A DNA stretch of 20,407 nucleotides from Eledone cirrhosa (taxonomy: Eukaryota): the NCBI GenBank assembly GCA_964016885.1, contig CAXHJY010000064.1, positions 1 to 20,407 of the forward strand. Direction: 5' to 3'. Of this stretch, positions 1 through 11,207 are shown one piece after another (positions within the stretch are counted from its first letter, which is position 1; the number at the start of each line of letters is the position of its first letter). The notes below the pieces were generated by a model. It was given only the letters and a program-made list of their open reading frames with translations. It was not told the origin of the DNA and ran no database searches. Made by a program: the position numbers and the translations under genes.

Positions 1-48
<48 letters not shown>

Positions 49-144
49 GTAATAATAATAAATTTGAAGACTAAAATCCAAAGAGGGCTCGATAAGGATA
101 AATATATATCAAATATATAAGAACCGTAGAGCATTGACTTTGTT

Positions 145-195
145 AGTTTCAGAAGATCCCGTTAAGGGTGAAAGCAGCGATTCTTTGCTTAAACT
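145..195 (+). ncRNA. Degenerate type I hammerhead ribozyme fold in a ~170 bp island (49-216) between (TA)n tracts
   Basis: agttt-CAGAAGA-t-ccc/gttaa/ggg-t-GAAA-gca..tgc-TT-aaact. Stem I agttt/aaact, stem II ccc/ggg, stem III Agca/tgcT. The core deviates from CUGANGA at U4 (A), so it is probably inactive. Confidence 0.55.
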
Positions 196-308
196 TTAAT
201 CTGTTATTTTAATAAATATATATATATATATATATATATATCAATCTCTATCGCTCTCTCTATATATATATATATGTATACACACACGCACATATGTATA
301 AATAAATA

Positions 309-342
<34 letters not shown>

Positions 343-887
343 AACGTATTTATTTATTTTGTGCATCAAATATATCTTACGTGTTTTTGAAGTGAACAAT
401 AGCATCGTAATGCCATCATTCCTAGGCGTCATAATTCATTTAAGGACATGTTCTGTTTTTTAAATTTCATGATTCATAACTAAATGATGACATTTTAATT
501 TTATAAAATTATGAAAAAATAATCTGTTTATTTTTGAATTTTTATAAAACAAAAAACTTATTGCATTCCATTTAGTAACCTAAAGGAAACTGACATTTTA
601 TCAATATAGGGTCAAGCGACTTAAACAGATGACATTGAAATTGTATCTAAATTGAGTAGCTGTCACTTATGAACATATCGGTTTAAACCAGCGTACAACA
701 TTACTGAGATTAGATTTCTCAAGTATTTGAATAATGGAAATTGTGTAGTTTATAAAAGTATTTATATTAAGACGAACCATTGAAGGAATTAACTCTGAGA
801 TGCCTTCTTCATTAAGAACGTATATTCCTCGATGTTTGTGTTAATAGATCGTGGTAAAATTGAATGTGATGTAGTCATTTTTACTAA

Positions 888-997
888 AATAATTGTTTCT
901 ACGTTTGGCACAAGGCCAGCAATTACCCAGTGCATTACTGGTACTTTATTTTATCGACCCCGTAAGGATGAAAGGCAAAGTTAACCTCGACGGGAAT
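888..997 (-). mobile_element. tRNA-derived SINE, 5'-truncated copy (Nin/Deu-domain-like core)
   Basis: Near-identical to 1175-1282 and the reverse complement of 3460-3563. Core on the minus strand reads ctttgcctttcatccttacggggtcgataaaataaagtaccag. Confidence 0.85.
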
Positions 998-1169
998 GTT
1001 GCCTATGCAAGCTTGTTAAGTAACCCCTAAATGCATGTAAGGAGATAGCAAAAACTGAAGAAATACAAGTTCGCCAATTCAAATATTTATTGTATATATA
1101 CTAAAATGCAATTCGTTAAAAATTGTAGTATTATAGAAATTACTTTAATAATTAATTGTTTCTGCTTCA

Positions 1170-1352
1170 ATAATTAATTGTTTCTACTTTAGGCACAAGG
1201 CCAGCAATTACCCAGTGCATTACTGGTACTTTATTTTATTGACCCCGTAAGGATGAAAGGCAAAGTCAACCTCGGCGGGATTTGAACTCAGATCATAAAG
1301 GGACGTAACTATGCGGGAAAGCATGGCGTCCGACCCTCTACCGATACTGACA
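1170..1352 (-). mobile_element. tRNA-derived SINE, near full length (Nin/Deu-domain-like core)
   Basis: Minus strand has an A-box-like tgtcagtatcgg, a B-box gagttcaaatcc and then the conserved core. aataattaat on both sides (1169-1178, 1352-1361) is a possible target-site duplication. Confidence 0.85.
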
Positions 1353-1656
1353 ATAATTAATGTTATTTAGTCATACTGCTGTTTTGCAATTTTCAAGAAT
1401 ATCTTGCTAATGCAGTTTCATATGATACAGTGGGGGAAAGTTAATGATTAAGTTTGGTACAGAAGGCCAGCGTGACAACTAAGGTTGTGTTTTGCTTGTC
1501 TGGTCAAGAAATGAAATAGGAGACGTTAAGTTAGCTGTCGGTACTAAATTGGCGAAGCCTTAAAACACTATGATTAAGTAGACATTACTAAAATAAAATT
1601 GACGCGTGTGATTTTCTGCGAGCGTGTGTGCATGCATATATATATATATTTATATA

Positions 1657-2252
1657 TAGGAAAATGTTTAAGACCCCGACGGCAGAGCTCCAGCCGTTTC
1701 GACGGCTAATTCTGGACTAAATGAAAATTTATCCTGGTATTTAAATAGCCGAGCTTCTCAAGGGGTAATTCCATACATGGTCAAAGTGATTGTCAAGAGT
1801 CAGTAGTAATTCTCTGATTGCAAATTAGTAGGGGAGATGGTGGCTAAACCTGCCAGTAGGAGAAAAAGGGGGAGGGGTTGGAGTAGACCCAATCATGCGT
1901 TGGTAGTGCCAGCTACAGCTGGGCATGAGGTCAAAGAAGATACTGGGGAGGGGGGGGGGGTGAAGTCGGAACGGTAGGTAGAACAATGAGGGGTAAAAAT
2001 ATATATATGAAAGAAAAAATACTGAGAGTGATTCAAAGCGAATAAGTGTAAAGAAAAAAAAAAAAAAAAAAAGAAGCTCAGCTATTTAAATACCAGGATA
2101 CATTTTCATTTAGTCCAGAATTAGCCGTCGAAACGGCTTGAGCTCAGCCGTCGGGGTCTTACTGGTTCCTATTACCCACCCTACTACACTAAGTATTGAG
2201 TACTTTGGTGCGTTATGGTCCACCTGGTTCCTTACCACATTTCCTTCGTTAT
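1657..2252 (-). mobile_element. Fold-back insertion of a PLE-like HHR repeat (family A): 3' UTR plus inverted partial terminal repeat
   Basis: 1670-1758 is the reverse complement of 2072-2160 with few mismatches. Flanked by (TA)n on both sides. Complete HHR in the left arm. Further copies at 2703-2904, 3253-3307 and 4711-4866. Confidence 0.75.
1673..1766 (-). ncRNA. Type I hammerhead ribozyme with U3-A8 variant core
   Basis: Minus strand: acccc-UUGAGAA-g-ct-cggcta-(37 nt)-tagccg-t-c-GAAA-cggc-tggagctct-gccg-UC-ggggt. Stem I acccc/ggggt, stem II cggcta/tagccg closed by G-C, stem III Acggc/gccgU. GUC cleavage triplet at 1680-1678. Confidence 0.75.
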
Positions 2253-2270
2253 ATATATATATATATATAT

Positions 2271-2660
2271 ATTGGAAAATGTGTGAGATCCTTGATACAG
2301 TTAGGTATATTTGAAAAAAAGGAAACGAATGACTTCACTTGTGTTAAAAAACTTTTTTGATTTAATTTTATATTATAATATTATGAGTTGCTAGATATAG
2401 TAAGTTCTTTGTTAACTTCGGAGGGGAGAATTTTAAAGAGATCCTGGTTAACTTTGGTTGGAGAACTTTCTCGCATTCGTCTGTGGCGATTGCCTAACTT
2501 AGATCAGGTTGTGTTGAGATGTGTGACTATAGACGAATGCGAGAAAGTTCTCCAAGCAAAGTTAACCAGGAATCTTTAAAATTCTTACCACCGAAATTAA
2601 CAAAGAACTTACTAGATCTACCAACTCATAATATTATAATATAATAAAATTAAATCAAAA
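2271..2660. mobile_element. Fold-back insertion with ~130 bp inverted arms (2355-2484 / 2529-2660), family unassigned
   Basis: Arms are clear reverse complements with scattered mismatches and a 44 bp spacer. The left arm extends ~85 bp further to a (TA)n tract, and (CA)n/(TA)n lies on the right. No HHR core found. Confidence 0.7.
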
Positions 2661-2702
2661 TACACACACACACACCTATATATATATATATATATATATA
2701 TA

Positions 2703-2904
2703 TAACGAAGGAAATGTGGTAAGGAACCAGGTTGACCATAACGCACCAAGGTACTCAATACTTAGGGTAGTAGAGTGGGTAATAGGAACGGGTAGGACCC
2801 CGACGGCTGAGCTCAAGCCGTTTCGACGGCTAATTCTGGACTCAGTCCAGAATTAGCCGTCGAAACGGCTTGAGCTCAGCCGTCGGGATCCTACTCGTTC
2901 CTAT
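2703..2904. mobile_element. Family A fold-back copy forming a near-perfect palindrome (2782-2842 / 2844-2904)
   Basis: ...aattctggact-c-agtccagaatt... with 61 bp arms, 2 mismatches and a 1 nt spacer. Contains only the 3' half of the HHR. Flanked by (TA)n. Confidence 0.85.
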
Positions 2905-3041
2905 ATATATATATATGTGTGTGTGTGTATGTGTGTGTATATATATGTATATATATGTATGTATATGTATATATATATCAGTGTGTGTGTTTGTATGTAT
3001 AGATATGTATATATATATATATATGTATAAATATATATATA

Positions 3042-3081
<40 letters not shown>

Positions 3082-3167
3082 GGGGTGTGTGTAGTTATAT
3101 ATATGTATGTATATGTATATATATATATGTGTGAGTTTGTATGTATAGATGTGTATATAGATATATA

Positions 3168-3231
<64 letters not shown>

Positions 3232-3252
3232 TATATATATGTATATATACAT
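2905..3252. repeat. Compound (TA)n/(TG)n microsatellite
   Basis: Directly visible; source of several spurious YI-repeat ORFs. Confidence 0.95.
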
Positions 3253-3307
3253 ATAACAAAGAGGGTGTGGTAAGATACCCGGAGTACCATAACGCACCAT
3301 AGTACCC
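3253..3307 (-). mobile_element. Diverged terminal fragment of family A
   Basis: ataacaaagagggtgtggtaaga...accataacgcacca resembles 2702-2750 (ataacgaaggaaatgtggtaagg...accataacgcacca) and abuts (TA)n. Confidence 0.65.
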
Positions 3308-3389
3308 TGTGGTGTCACTGAAATATGTGTTATGCAATTAATACGACTATGTAATATCTGTGTTTACGTTAATCATACATGATATCTAT

Positions 3390-3564
3390 GTCGTGTTTGA
3401 ACGCCATTGCCATACTCTGCAGTAAAGAGTTACGGCCCTTTATGGTCTGAGTTCAAATCACGCCGAGGTTAACTTTGCCTTTCATCCTTACGGGGTCAAT
3501 AAAATAAAGTACCAGTAATACACTGGATACTTGCTGGCCTTGTGCCGAAAGTAGGAACAATTAT
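3390..3564 (+). mobile_element. tRNA-derived SINE (same family as 1170-1352)
   Basis: B-box gagttcaaatc, core ttaactttgcctttcatccttacggggtcaataaaataaagtaccag, tail gctggccttgtgcc..gaacaattat. The 5' boundary is approximate. Confidence 0.85.
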
Positions 3565-3713
3565 AATATACTGGAGATAAACGACTAACGTAGAATGATG
3601 TTACTCTTTACCAGCGAGGCGTCGCAACGCAACTCTACGTTTAAGCATCACAGTAATTAGCAACTATAAATAATATATATATATACATATAAATATACTA
3701 TATATATACATAC

Positions 3714-4685
3714 ACCAAAGCTCAAGTCATTACACCTGATGGGATGACAGGGTTCTTTGAGATACTGGCTGGAGTGATCCAGGGAGGTACATTGGCTCCC
3801 TACCTTTTTATCATCGTAGTAGACTATTGTATGCGTCTTGCACTGGAGAAACACCAGGTCTCTGGTTTTACTGTAACACTGGCTCAGAGCAGGATAGTTA
3901 AGGTGAACAAGATATCAGATGCTGAATTTGCCGACGACATAGTTTTGGTGACAAATACAGTGAAGGAGGCAGAGGATTTGATGCAGGAGGTTGAGACTGT
4001 GTTGATGAGTGTGGGGCTGAGAATGAATGAGACTAAGACAAAATGTCTGGTAGAGAATGTTGAGAAGCCAGAGGGGATTACTAATGTAGGCGGGAAGCCA
4101 CTGGAATTAGTTGAGGACTTCCTGTATTTGGGAGCAAAGATTGGGACTACGGAAGATGATGTGGTTGAGAGGAAGAGTAAAGCCTGGGCGGCGTGCCACA
4201 GTTTGAGATCGGTGTGGAAGTCGGACCTTCGTAAAGACCTGAAGATCCGCCTCTTCATTGCTGTAGTAGAGTCTGTGCTGCTGTACGGGTCAGAGACTTT
4301 GACACTGACCAAAAAACTCACTCAGATGGTGGATGGGTACTACAAGAGAATGCTGAGGATGGCTCTGAACATTAATCAGTATACACTGAGGATAAACAAC
4401 TCAGAGCTGTATGGGAGCCTCCCAAAAGTCAGCTCAAAAGTGACACAAAGGAAACTGACGTTAGCTGGACATGCTCACCGACATCCAGAGTTGACACTGC
4501 ACTCAGTGCTCCTGTGGGAGCCCCTGCATGGACACCCTGGAAGAGGAAGACCAAGGTTAACGTATATTGATGCCCTAAGGACAGACGTTGGTCTGTTGGA
4601 GACGCAGGACATGGCAGCAATAATGAAGGACAGAGACCTCTGGAGAGAACTCGTCCATGGATCTCGGGAATTTTACCCGCCCTAG
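3714..4685 (+). pseudogene. C-terminal part of LINE reverse transcriptase (uninterrupted frame, N-terminus missing)
   Basis: Motifs TPDG, GVIQGGTLAPYLF, FADD, GLRMNETKTK, FLYLG, SVLLYGSE, AGH and GRGRPRLTYID are typical of RTE-type RTs. The frame continues upstream of the ATG at 3744 (TKAQVITPDG), so that Met is internal. Confidence 0.9.
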
Positions 4686-4694
4686 ATAGATCGA
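3714..4694 (+). mobile_element. 5'-truncated non-LTR retrotransposon (RTE-like LINE)
   Basis: Starts mid-RT directly after a TA-rich tract. The stop codon overlaps a short (TAGA)-like tail (tagatagatcgata) followed by (TA)n. Confidence 0.85.
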
Positions 4695-4710
4695 TATATA
4701 TATATATATA

Positions 4711-4866
4711 TAGGAAAAGAGTCCAGAAATAGACGTCGCAACGGCTTGAGCTCTGCCGTCGGGGTCCTGACTATTTTCCTATTACCCATTCTACTACCCA
4801 AAGTATCGAGTACTCTGGTGCGTTATGGTGCACATGGTTCCTTTCCTTACCACACTTCCTTCGTTA
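4711..4866 (+). mobile_element. Diverged family A copy (3' half of HHR plus long terminus) with a 9 bp inverted stub
   Basis: Aligns to 2112-2252, with GAAA changed to GCAA. The left-end ataggaaaa is the reverse complement of internal ttttcctat. Flanked by (TA)n. Confidence 0.8.
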
Positions 4867-5564
4867 TATATATATATATATATATGTGTGTGTATATTCT
4901 ATATACACTCTATATATGTATGATATCTGAAAATCATATCCCATAGCTCTACAATTATGTAAAAGTACCCTAGCTTAATAATATTTCATAAATAGAAACT
5001 CCGTTACAACTAACAAACAACATTTACTTGGGATACACTACTGACGTGACGTGTTTTTCCATTGCTTAAACCGGTTTATCCCCGTGGCGTTAGAAATAAC
5101 CTCTACAGATAAGCAGCATAATTATCTGCACTATATATATATACTATATACATTATATAGATATTATATACAGTATATATATATATATATATATATAAAT
5201 GTAAGTCCAAAGAATCATTATATATATATATATTACTTTATTAAAATACATCTTATCTCGTAGATGCTACGAGACACACTTTATAAAACATTTACGTGTA
5301 GAGGCTCCCATGCGGTGTCTTTAAGCTTGTGTCTTATGATTTACGCTGCCCTACATTCTATTACATGCTACCAAATGTTACATTTCTACTTATCTAAAGA
5401 ATAATGCATATAAGATATACGTCATGGACGTTTTTATGCTTATTCAATTACCTCGCATGATCATTGACAAATTTGACCTATTTTATCTCTATCATTACGT
5501 TTTTCTTAAATCGTTTTAAAACTTTCTTGTTGTTAAAGAAATGTAACGATTTAAAAAAAAATGC

Positions 5565-5786
5565 TAATAATGATTTCTAATTCAGATAAAAGGCCACACA
5601 ATTCGGTGAGTGGAAAATCAATTGATTCGATCTCACTACATGATTGCTACTTTATTTTATCGACTGTTGAAGGATGCACGGCAAAGTTGACATTGGCTAC
5701 ATTGAAATTCAGAAAATAATGAACTGGAAGAAATGGTGCATTATATTTGTTCGACGTTCTACCAGTTTTGTCTATCCACTGCTTTC
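5565..5786 (-). mobile_element. Older diverged SINE of the same superfamily
   Basis: tactttattttatcgactgttgaaggatgcacggcaaagttgac matches the core of 888-997 with many substitutions. Tail aataatgatttctaa..aaggcca. Confidence 0.7.
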
Positions 5787-5792
5787 AACGAA

Positions 5793-5877
5793 GCAATAAT
5801 TGTTTCCAATTTAGACACAAGCGTATGAAAGGAAAGACAACGGCGGGTAGAATTTGACATCAGTATCTGAAGCCAAC
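5793..5877 (-). mobile_element. Internally deleted SINE fragment
   Basis: Tail aataattgtttccaatttagacacaag is joined directly to atgaaaggaaagacaacggcgggtagaatttga. Confidence 0.55.
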
Positions 5878-5881
5878 TACC

Positions 5882-6347
<466 letters not shown>

Positions 6348-7967
6348 CAACCATAATAATACGACATGTGTACGTGTATATTTGTGTATATTTGTACATA
6401 TGCCTCCGTTTATAACACTTTACATTTTACACACGTATATACAAAATATATTTCCTCTTTCAGTTATGTTGCTATAAGAAGTTCGCATTCCAATCAGAAA
6501 TCGTAGTCCATGCAAATAGTTCTATCTTCAAAACTACTCAATAGACCGAAAGAGAATCGACGTTACATTTTATGTATCTGAAGCTGAGCAGGTATAATCA
6601 ATCCTATAGATTTTCACACTTTTTCCGTTGAATTATTTTTACTGATAAGGTTTCAGTCTTGCTTTAGCTATATTAGAAAACGTTTTTTCAGAAATGCCAA
6701 GCAATGGGAACGAACACGCTGGTGCATTATTGCGAACTTCTTAACTATTTCGCGATGCCTGCTTACAGCTTACACATAAACATAATAGGATTAGAAAGTG
6801 AAAATTATGTTAATGGAAGAAGGAGAGAAAAAAACTACTGATCGGGAGATGTTAAAATTATCAGCTGTAGACTGTATAAGCTCATATCTATATGAGTGGA
6901 ACAATCGATCGATGGATTCGCCAGGGAAAAAAATAACTGAAATGTTGGTGCATTCAGCTGGAAGTTAATTGTGTAGTATTTACTTTAGAAAACATCCCAT
7001 GGGTGTCTTCCGTATGAAGAAAACACTGTTAAGTGAAAGCTACCGTACCTAATGCGGTGATCCGTGAATGATATTTAATCAATCAAAATATGGGCCAAAA
7101 GCTAATTTCACAAAGTTTCTGCTGCAAAGAACATCTCTGCAGGTCACGTTTCAGATGAGGAGCTTAGAAGCTCAGAACGTAAAGATTATGATACTGTTCA
7201 GCATTTTGCTAACTACTGAGTCTAACTCCATCAGTTTTAGCTGCGCGGAAAAGCCAGCTGCACCGAAAAGTCAGATGCGATGAAAAGCCAGTTTCGCCCA
7301 ACTAATGTTTAATAAACATATTGTTAGTGTTATACTGTGGGAAACGACCGGCATTGTGGTGGCAGGATATTAGGCAGAGTTTAAAAATCTGCTTAGACAC
7401 ACGAGGCCCTTTGTATTGAAATTGTAACCAAAATGAGAAGAGATTTTTTAAGCGTTAATGAAAATTAGATACCACGAAGTAAAAGGAAAGAACTCCTAAC
7501 ATTTCAATCGACGAAACTTAGATCACATAATAGGGAGAGGATGAGTATGATATTTTCTCTAATAATTAATTTAGGTGCGTTTACAAGCTTGAAATGAATT
7601 AAAATGTTTAAATAGCTTTAGTGTACATGTATATTGTGAGTATTTGTGTATTTTTCCCCCTCTCTGCTTTTCACATCATCTATTCAACAGAATCCTTTAC
7701 CATTATATGTATAACTCCTTGCATTCACTTCAATCCTTTTTCATTATATATTACATTTATATATATTTTTTGTTTTGTTTGTTTCTTCTTTATCTATATA
7801 TTTGCTTCTTTAATGTTGCAGTTATTGTTGTCGTTGTGGCTTTCAATCCCACAACCATGATCATCATCCCCACCATAAACCTTCTTCTTCTTATTTTTTT
7901 TCTTTTTTCTTCTTTTTTCTCTTCTTCCCTATCTCTTAACCTCGATCTTCTTTAGGTTGTGTACATG

Positions 7968-8007
7968 ATAGTGGTAGTAGTAGTAGTAGTAGTAGCAGCA
8001 GCAGTAA

Positions 8008-8055
<48 letters not shown>

Positions 8056-8100
8056 TAGTAGTAGTTGTAGCAGTAGTAGTACTAGTAGTAGTAGTAGTAG
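7968..8100. repeat. (GTA)n trinucleotide microsatellite
   Basis: Directly visible, with occasional GCA/GTG variants. Confidence 0.95.
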
Positions 8101-8220
8101 TTAGGTATCTTAAAAGTTCTTCCTTCCGAGTGAGGTGAATGTTTTGTTTTGTTCTTTCTTTGTTCATTTGTTTTGTTTTTATGTTTTCTTTTGTTTCTTC
8201 CTTGCATTTCGAAATACATT

Positions 8221-8463
8221 ACACACATGCACACACACACACATACACACAAACATACACACACGTACACACACATACACACACACATACACACACATAT
8301 ACACAGACACACACACACACATCCACACACAGATAAACAGACACTGACACACACACACATACACACATACATGCACACACATGCACAGACACACAGACAC
8401 ACACACACACACATACACACACATACACACACACATATACACACAGATACAGACACACACACA
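8221..8463. repeat. Degenerate (CA)n microsatellite
   Basis: Directly visible. Confidence 0.95.
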
Positions 8464-8800
8464 CTCTCTCCCTCCCTCTCCACCTGTGTGTCTCTCTCCC
8501 TCCTTCTCTACCGGTCTCTCTCTCCCCTTCCCTCTCCACTTGTGTGTCTCTCTCTTTCTCCCTCCTCCCTCTCCACCTGTGTGTCTCTCTCCCTCCTTCT
8601 CTACCAGTCTCTCTCCCCCTCCCTCTCCACCTGTGTGTCTCTCTCTTTCTCCTCCACCCTCTCCTTCTGCGTGTCTCTCTCCCTCTCTCTCTACCAGTCC
8701 CTCCCTCTCACGCCCTCTCCACCTGTGTGCGTGTCTCCCCCTCCCACTCCACCTGTGTGTCTCTCTCTTTCTCCCTCCTCCCTCTCCACCCCGCTCTCTT
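8464..8800. repeat. Pyrimidine-rich minisatellite built on ccctctccacctgtgtgtctctct
   Basis: The motif recurs about 7-8 times. Early units alternate longer (~56 bp) and shorter (~37 bp) variants. Confidence 0.85.
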
Positions 8801-9116
8801 TATATACCTCCCTCAATGGTTTCCTCTATCTCCGTCCACCACTCACTCTACATACTATTGCATGTTCAGATATGATGCGCTAGAAAACGGATGTCTAATG
8901 TAGGACAAAGAAAGTACAGAAAAACTGTTGAGTTTTCTATAACGATTGATAATTTATTAGTAAATGTGTGTGTATATGTTTGTATATATTATGTAGTATA
9001 GTTGTTAGTCTTCGTAATTCTTCCTGTGTGTATAAGTGTGTATGACTGTCTATACATGTTACGTATTTTAATTTTTAGTATTATATATATATGTGTGTGT
9101 GTGTGTGTTGGGGGAA

Positions 9117-9223
<107 letters not shown>

Positions 9224-9259
9224 TATGAGTATTAATAAAACAGATGTTCTTTTGATCAA

Positions 9260-9320
9260 TTACATTTTATTATACATATTTCGGATGTACAACAGTACGT
9301 CCTCATCAGACAAAATATAA
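9260..9320 (-). ncRNA. Minimal type I hammerhead ribozyme in a solo ~150 bp island (9219-9372) between (TA)n tracts
   Basis: Minus strand: atattttgt-CUGAUGA-ggacgtac-tgtt-gtacatcc-GAAA-t-atgt-a-UA-ataaaatgt. 9 bp stem I, 8 bp stem II with one mismatch, short quasi-palindromic stem III, AUA triplet. Confidence 0.85.
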
Positions 9321-9752
9321 TGATACATGACATACCCTGAGATGTTAAATGGTTAAGATTTAATCAAGTTATTATATATATATATTTATATATATACATA
9401 CATAAATACATTCGTATGTTTGTATATGCATATAAACATATACATATATGTATGCCCTTACATATACATATGTTAATATATATTTGCACACATACACGTG
9501 TGCTTGTGGGGATAATGTATTTCCAAACGTTAGTATTTTCGATTATTTGTGATTCTAGTGATATTCATAAAGTTATGGCCGAAGTAGATCGCGATCGCAC
9601 TGATCTATGATCAATTTTATCCCATCCACGACAATTCTATCTTTTGAGCGGTATCTTAATTTAAGAAAGCAGAGTTTGAAGCTAAAGAAATCTAACTGCT
9701 ATTCCTATTATGACGAGACACCACATAGAGGCTCTTTCCATTGTTGGGTGAT

Positions 9753-9808
<56 letters not shown>

Positions 9809-10056
9809 TTTTTCGAGGTTTTTGATATGAAATCGTGTGTCGAAACAAATATTGTTATACTTGGGGAGGGTCATATTTGTGTAATATTGCCAGAATTAAT
9901 AACAGAACACACTCACTGTTTGGTTGGTTTTCGCTTTTCGCTTCTGCGTCTTTTATATCGGTAATCTAATTTATTCGGTCCTCAATGTTGCCATTGACTG
10001 ACCAACGGTCAAAAATAATACAGATACAATATAGACACAAACACATATATATAGTT

Positions 10057-10100
10057 TATCAAAGTTCTTTCGTTGCATATCTGCAACATCGTCAGTGGTG
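10057..10100 (-). ncRNA. Minimal hammerhead ribozyme (weakened stem I) in the PLE 3' region
   Basis: Minus strand: cacca-CUGACGA-t-gttgca-gata-tgcaac-GAAA-g-aa-c-UU-tgat. Intact core and 6 bp stem II; stem I acca/tgat has a mismatch. Confidence 0.7.
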
Positions 10101-10360
10101 CTATTGTTTCCTCCCGTTGCATTGTATTTTCTACGCCATCTTTATTTAGTCTGTTTATATATTTATTTATTTGTTTATTTTATTTTGTCTTCTTTGCACA
10201 TGCGTTTGCGTGTGTGTATAGTGTTTTGTTTGATGTGTGTTCGTGATTGGGTGACTGTGTATTGGTTAATGTATTCTATCTTTACTAGTGTGTGTTTATA
10301 TGTGTTTGTTGTTATTGTGCTTGTGTATGTATTTATGTATTTATTTATCTATTTATTTAT

Positions 10361-10927
10361 TTATACTTCTCTTATGTCAGTGTTGTTTGTTTGGGTGTTG
10401 TTATTCCATTTATTCTTTCTGTTTAGCCTTGGCCTTCTAAGTTCTATTTCACTGGCCTCTCTGATTTGCCTATCTGCTGGGTCATTTCTATGTTTAGATA
10501 TTATTCTAATTTCTATGTTGTCTATGTTACCGTCGTGTTGTTGTCTGGCATGTTCGTATAGTACTGAGCCGTTTTTTCGTCCTTTTAGTTCCCCCCAGTG
10601 TTGGTTTATCCTTTCACCTATGCTACGAGCTGTCTCGCCTATGTATGTTGTTGTCATGTTTCTGCAAGTAGCCTCTGTACACCTTATGCTATAGACTACG
10701 TTTCTAGTTTTACAGTTTATCCGGGGGTTTACTATACATATAATACATTTCCTATTAGTACAGTGGGTTTTCTTAAAAGTGTATGTTTTCCTGATCAGGG
10801 ATTTTATGGTGGTTTCTGGCTTTTCTACCACCTTAATCTTTAAGAGCGTCTTTCGCAGGGCCTTTCTACACTGGTTAGCTAATTTCCCTCCAGGGGTAGC
10901 GTCCACAAACATGACACTCTGGTATCT
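10361..10927 (-). pseudogene. PLE ORF C-terminus: linker, Cys-rich finger and GIY-YIG endonuclease
   Basis: FVDATPGG..KIKVVE..CTNRKCIIC..CKTRNVVYSIRCTEATC..YIGETARS..ERINQH..LYEH..H..RQIREA..LN. The first ~147 aa of the listed 335 aa ORF is antisense of the inverted arm, not real protein. Confidence 0.88.
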
Positions 10928-10928
10928 C

Positions 10929-11207
10929 GAGACAGCTCGTAGCATAGGTGAAAGGATAGACCAACACTGGGGGGAACTAAAAGGACGAAACAACGGTTCA
11001 GTACTATACGAACATGCCAGACGACAACACGACGGTAACATAGACAACATAGAAATTAGAATAATATCTAAACATAGAAATGACCCAGCAGATAGGCAAA
11101 TCAGAGAGGCCAGTGAAATAGAACTTAGAAGGCCAAGGCTAAACAGAAAGAATGAATGGAATAACAACAACACCCAAACAAACAACACTGACCTAAGAGA
11201 AGTATAA
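10929..11207 (+). pseudogene. Inverted duplicate of the C-terminal half of the GIY-YIG domain
   Basis: ETARSIGERIDQHWGELKGRNNGSVLYEH... is nearly identical to the minus-strand copy. Confidence 0.85.

Noticed and set aside
1657-2252. Interpretation of the inverted arms as DNA-transposon terminal inverted repeats (MITE)
   Set aside because: Arms are unequal, truncate at variable internal positions and contain an HHR, and the same architecture flanks PLE endonuclease ORFs elsewhere in the window.
6460-6775. Possible very old tRNA-SINE remnants
   Set aside because: Similarity is too weak to define boxes or boundaries by eye.
7068-7420. Unique sequence with a 71 aa ORF and a GKRPALWWQDI peptide faintly like an RTE C-terminus
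   Set aside because: Too short, interrupted by stops and without other supporting motifs.
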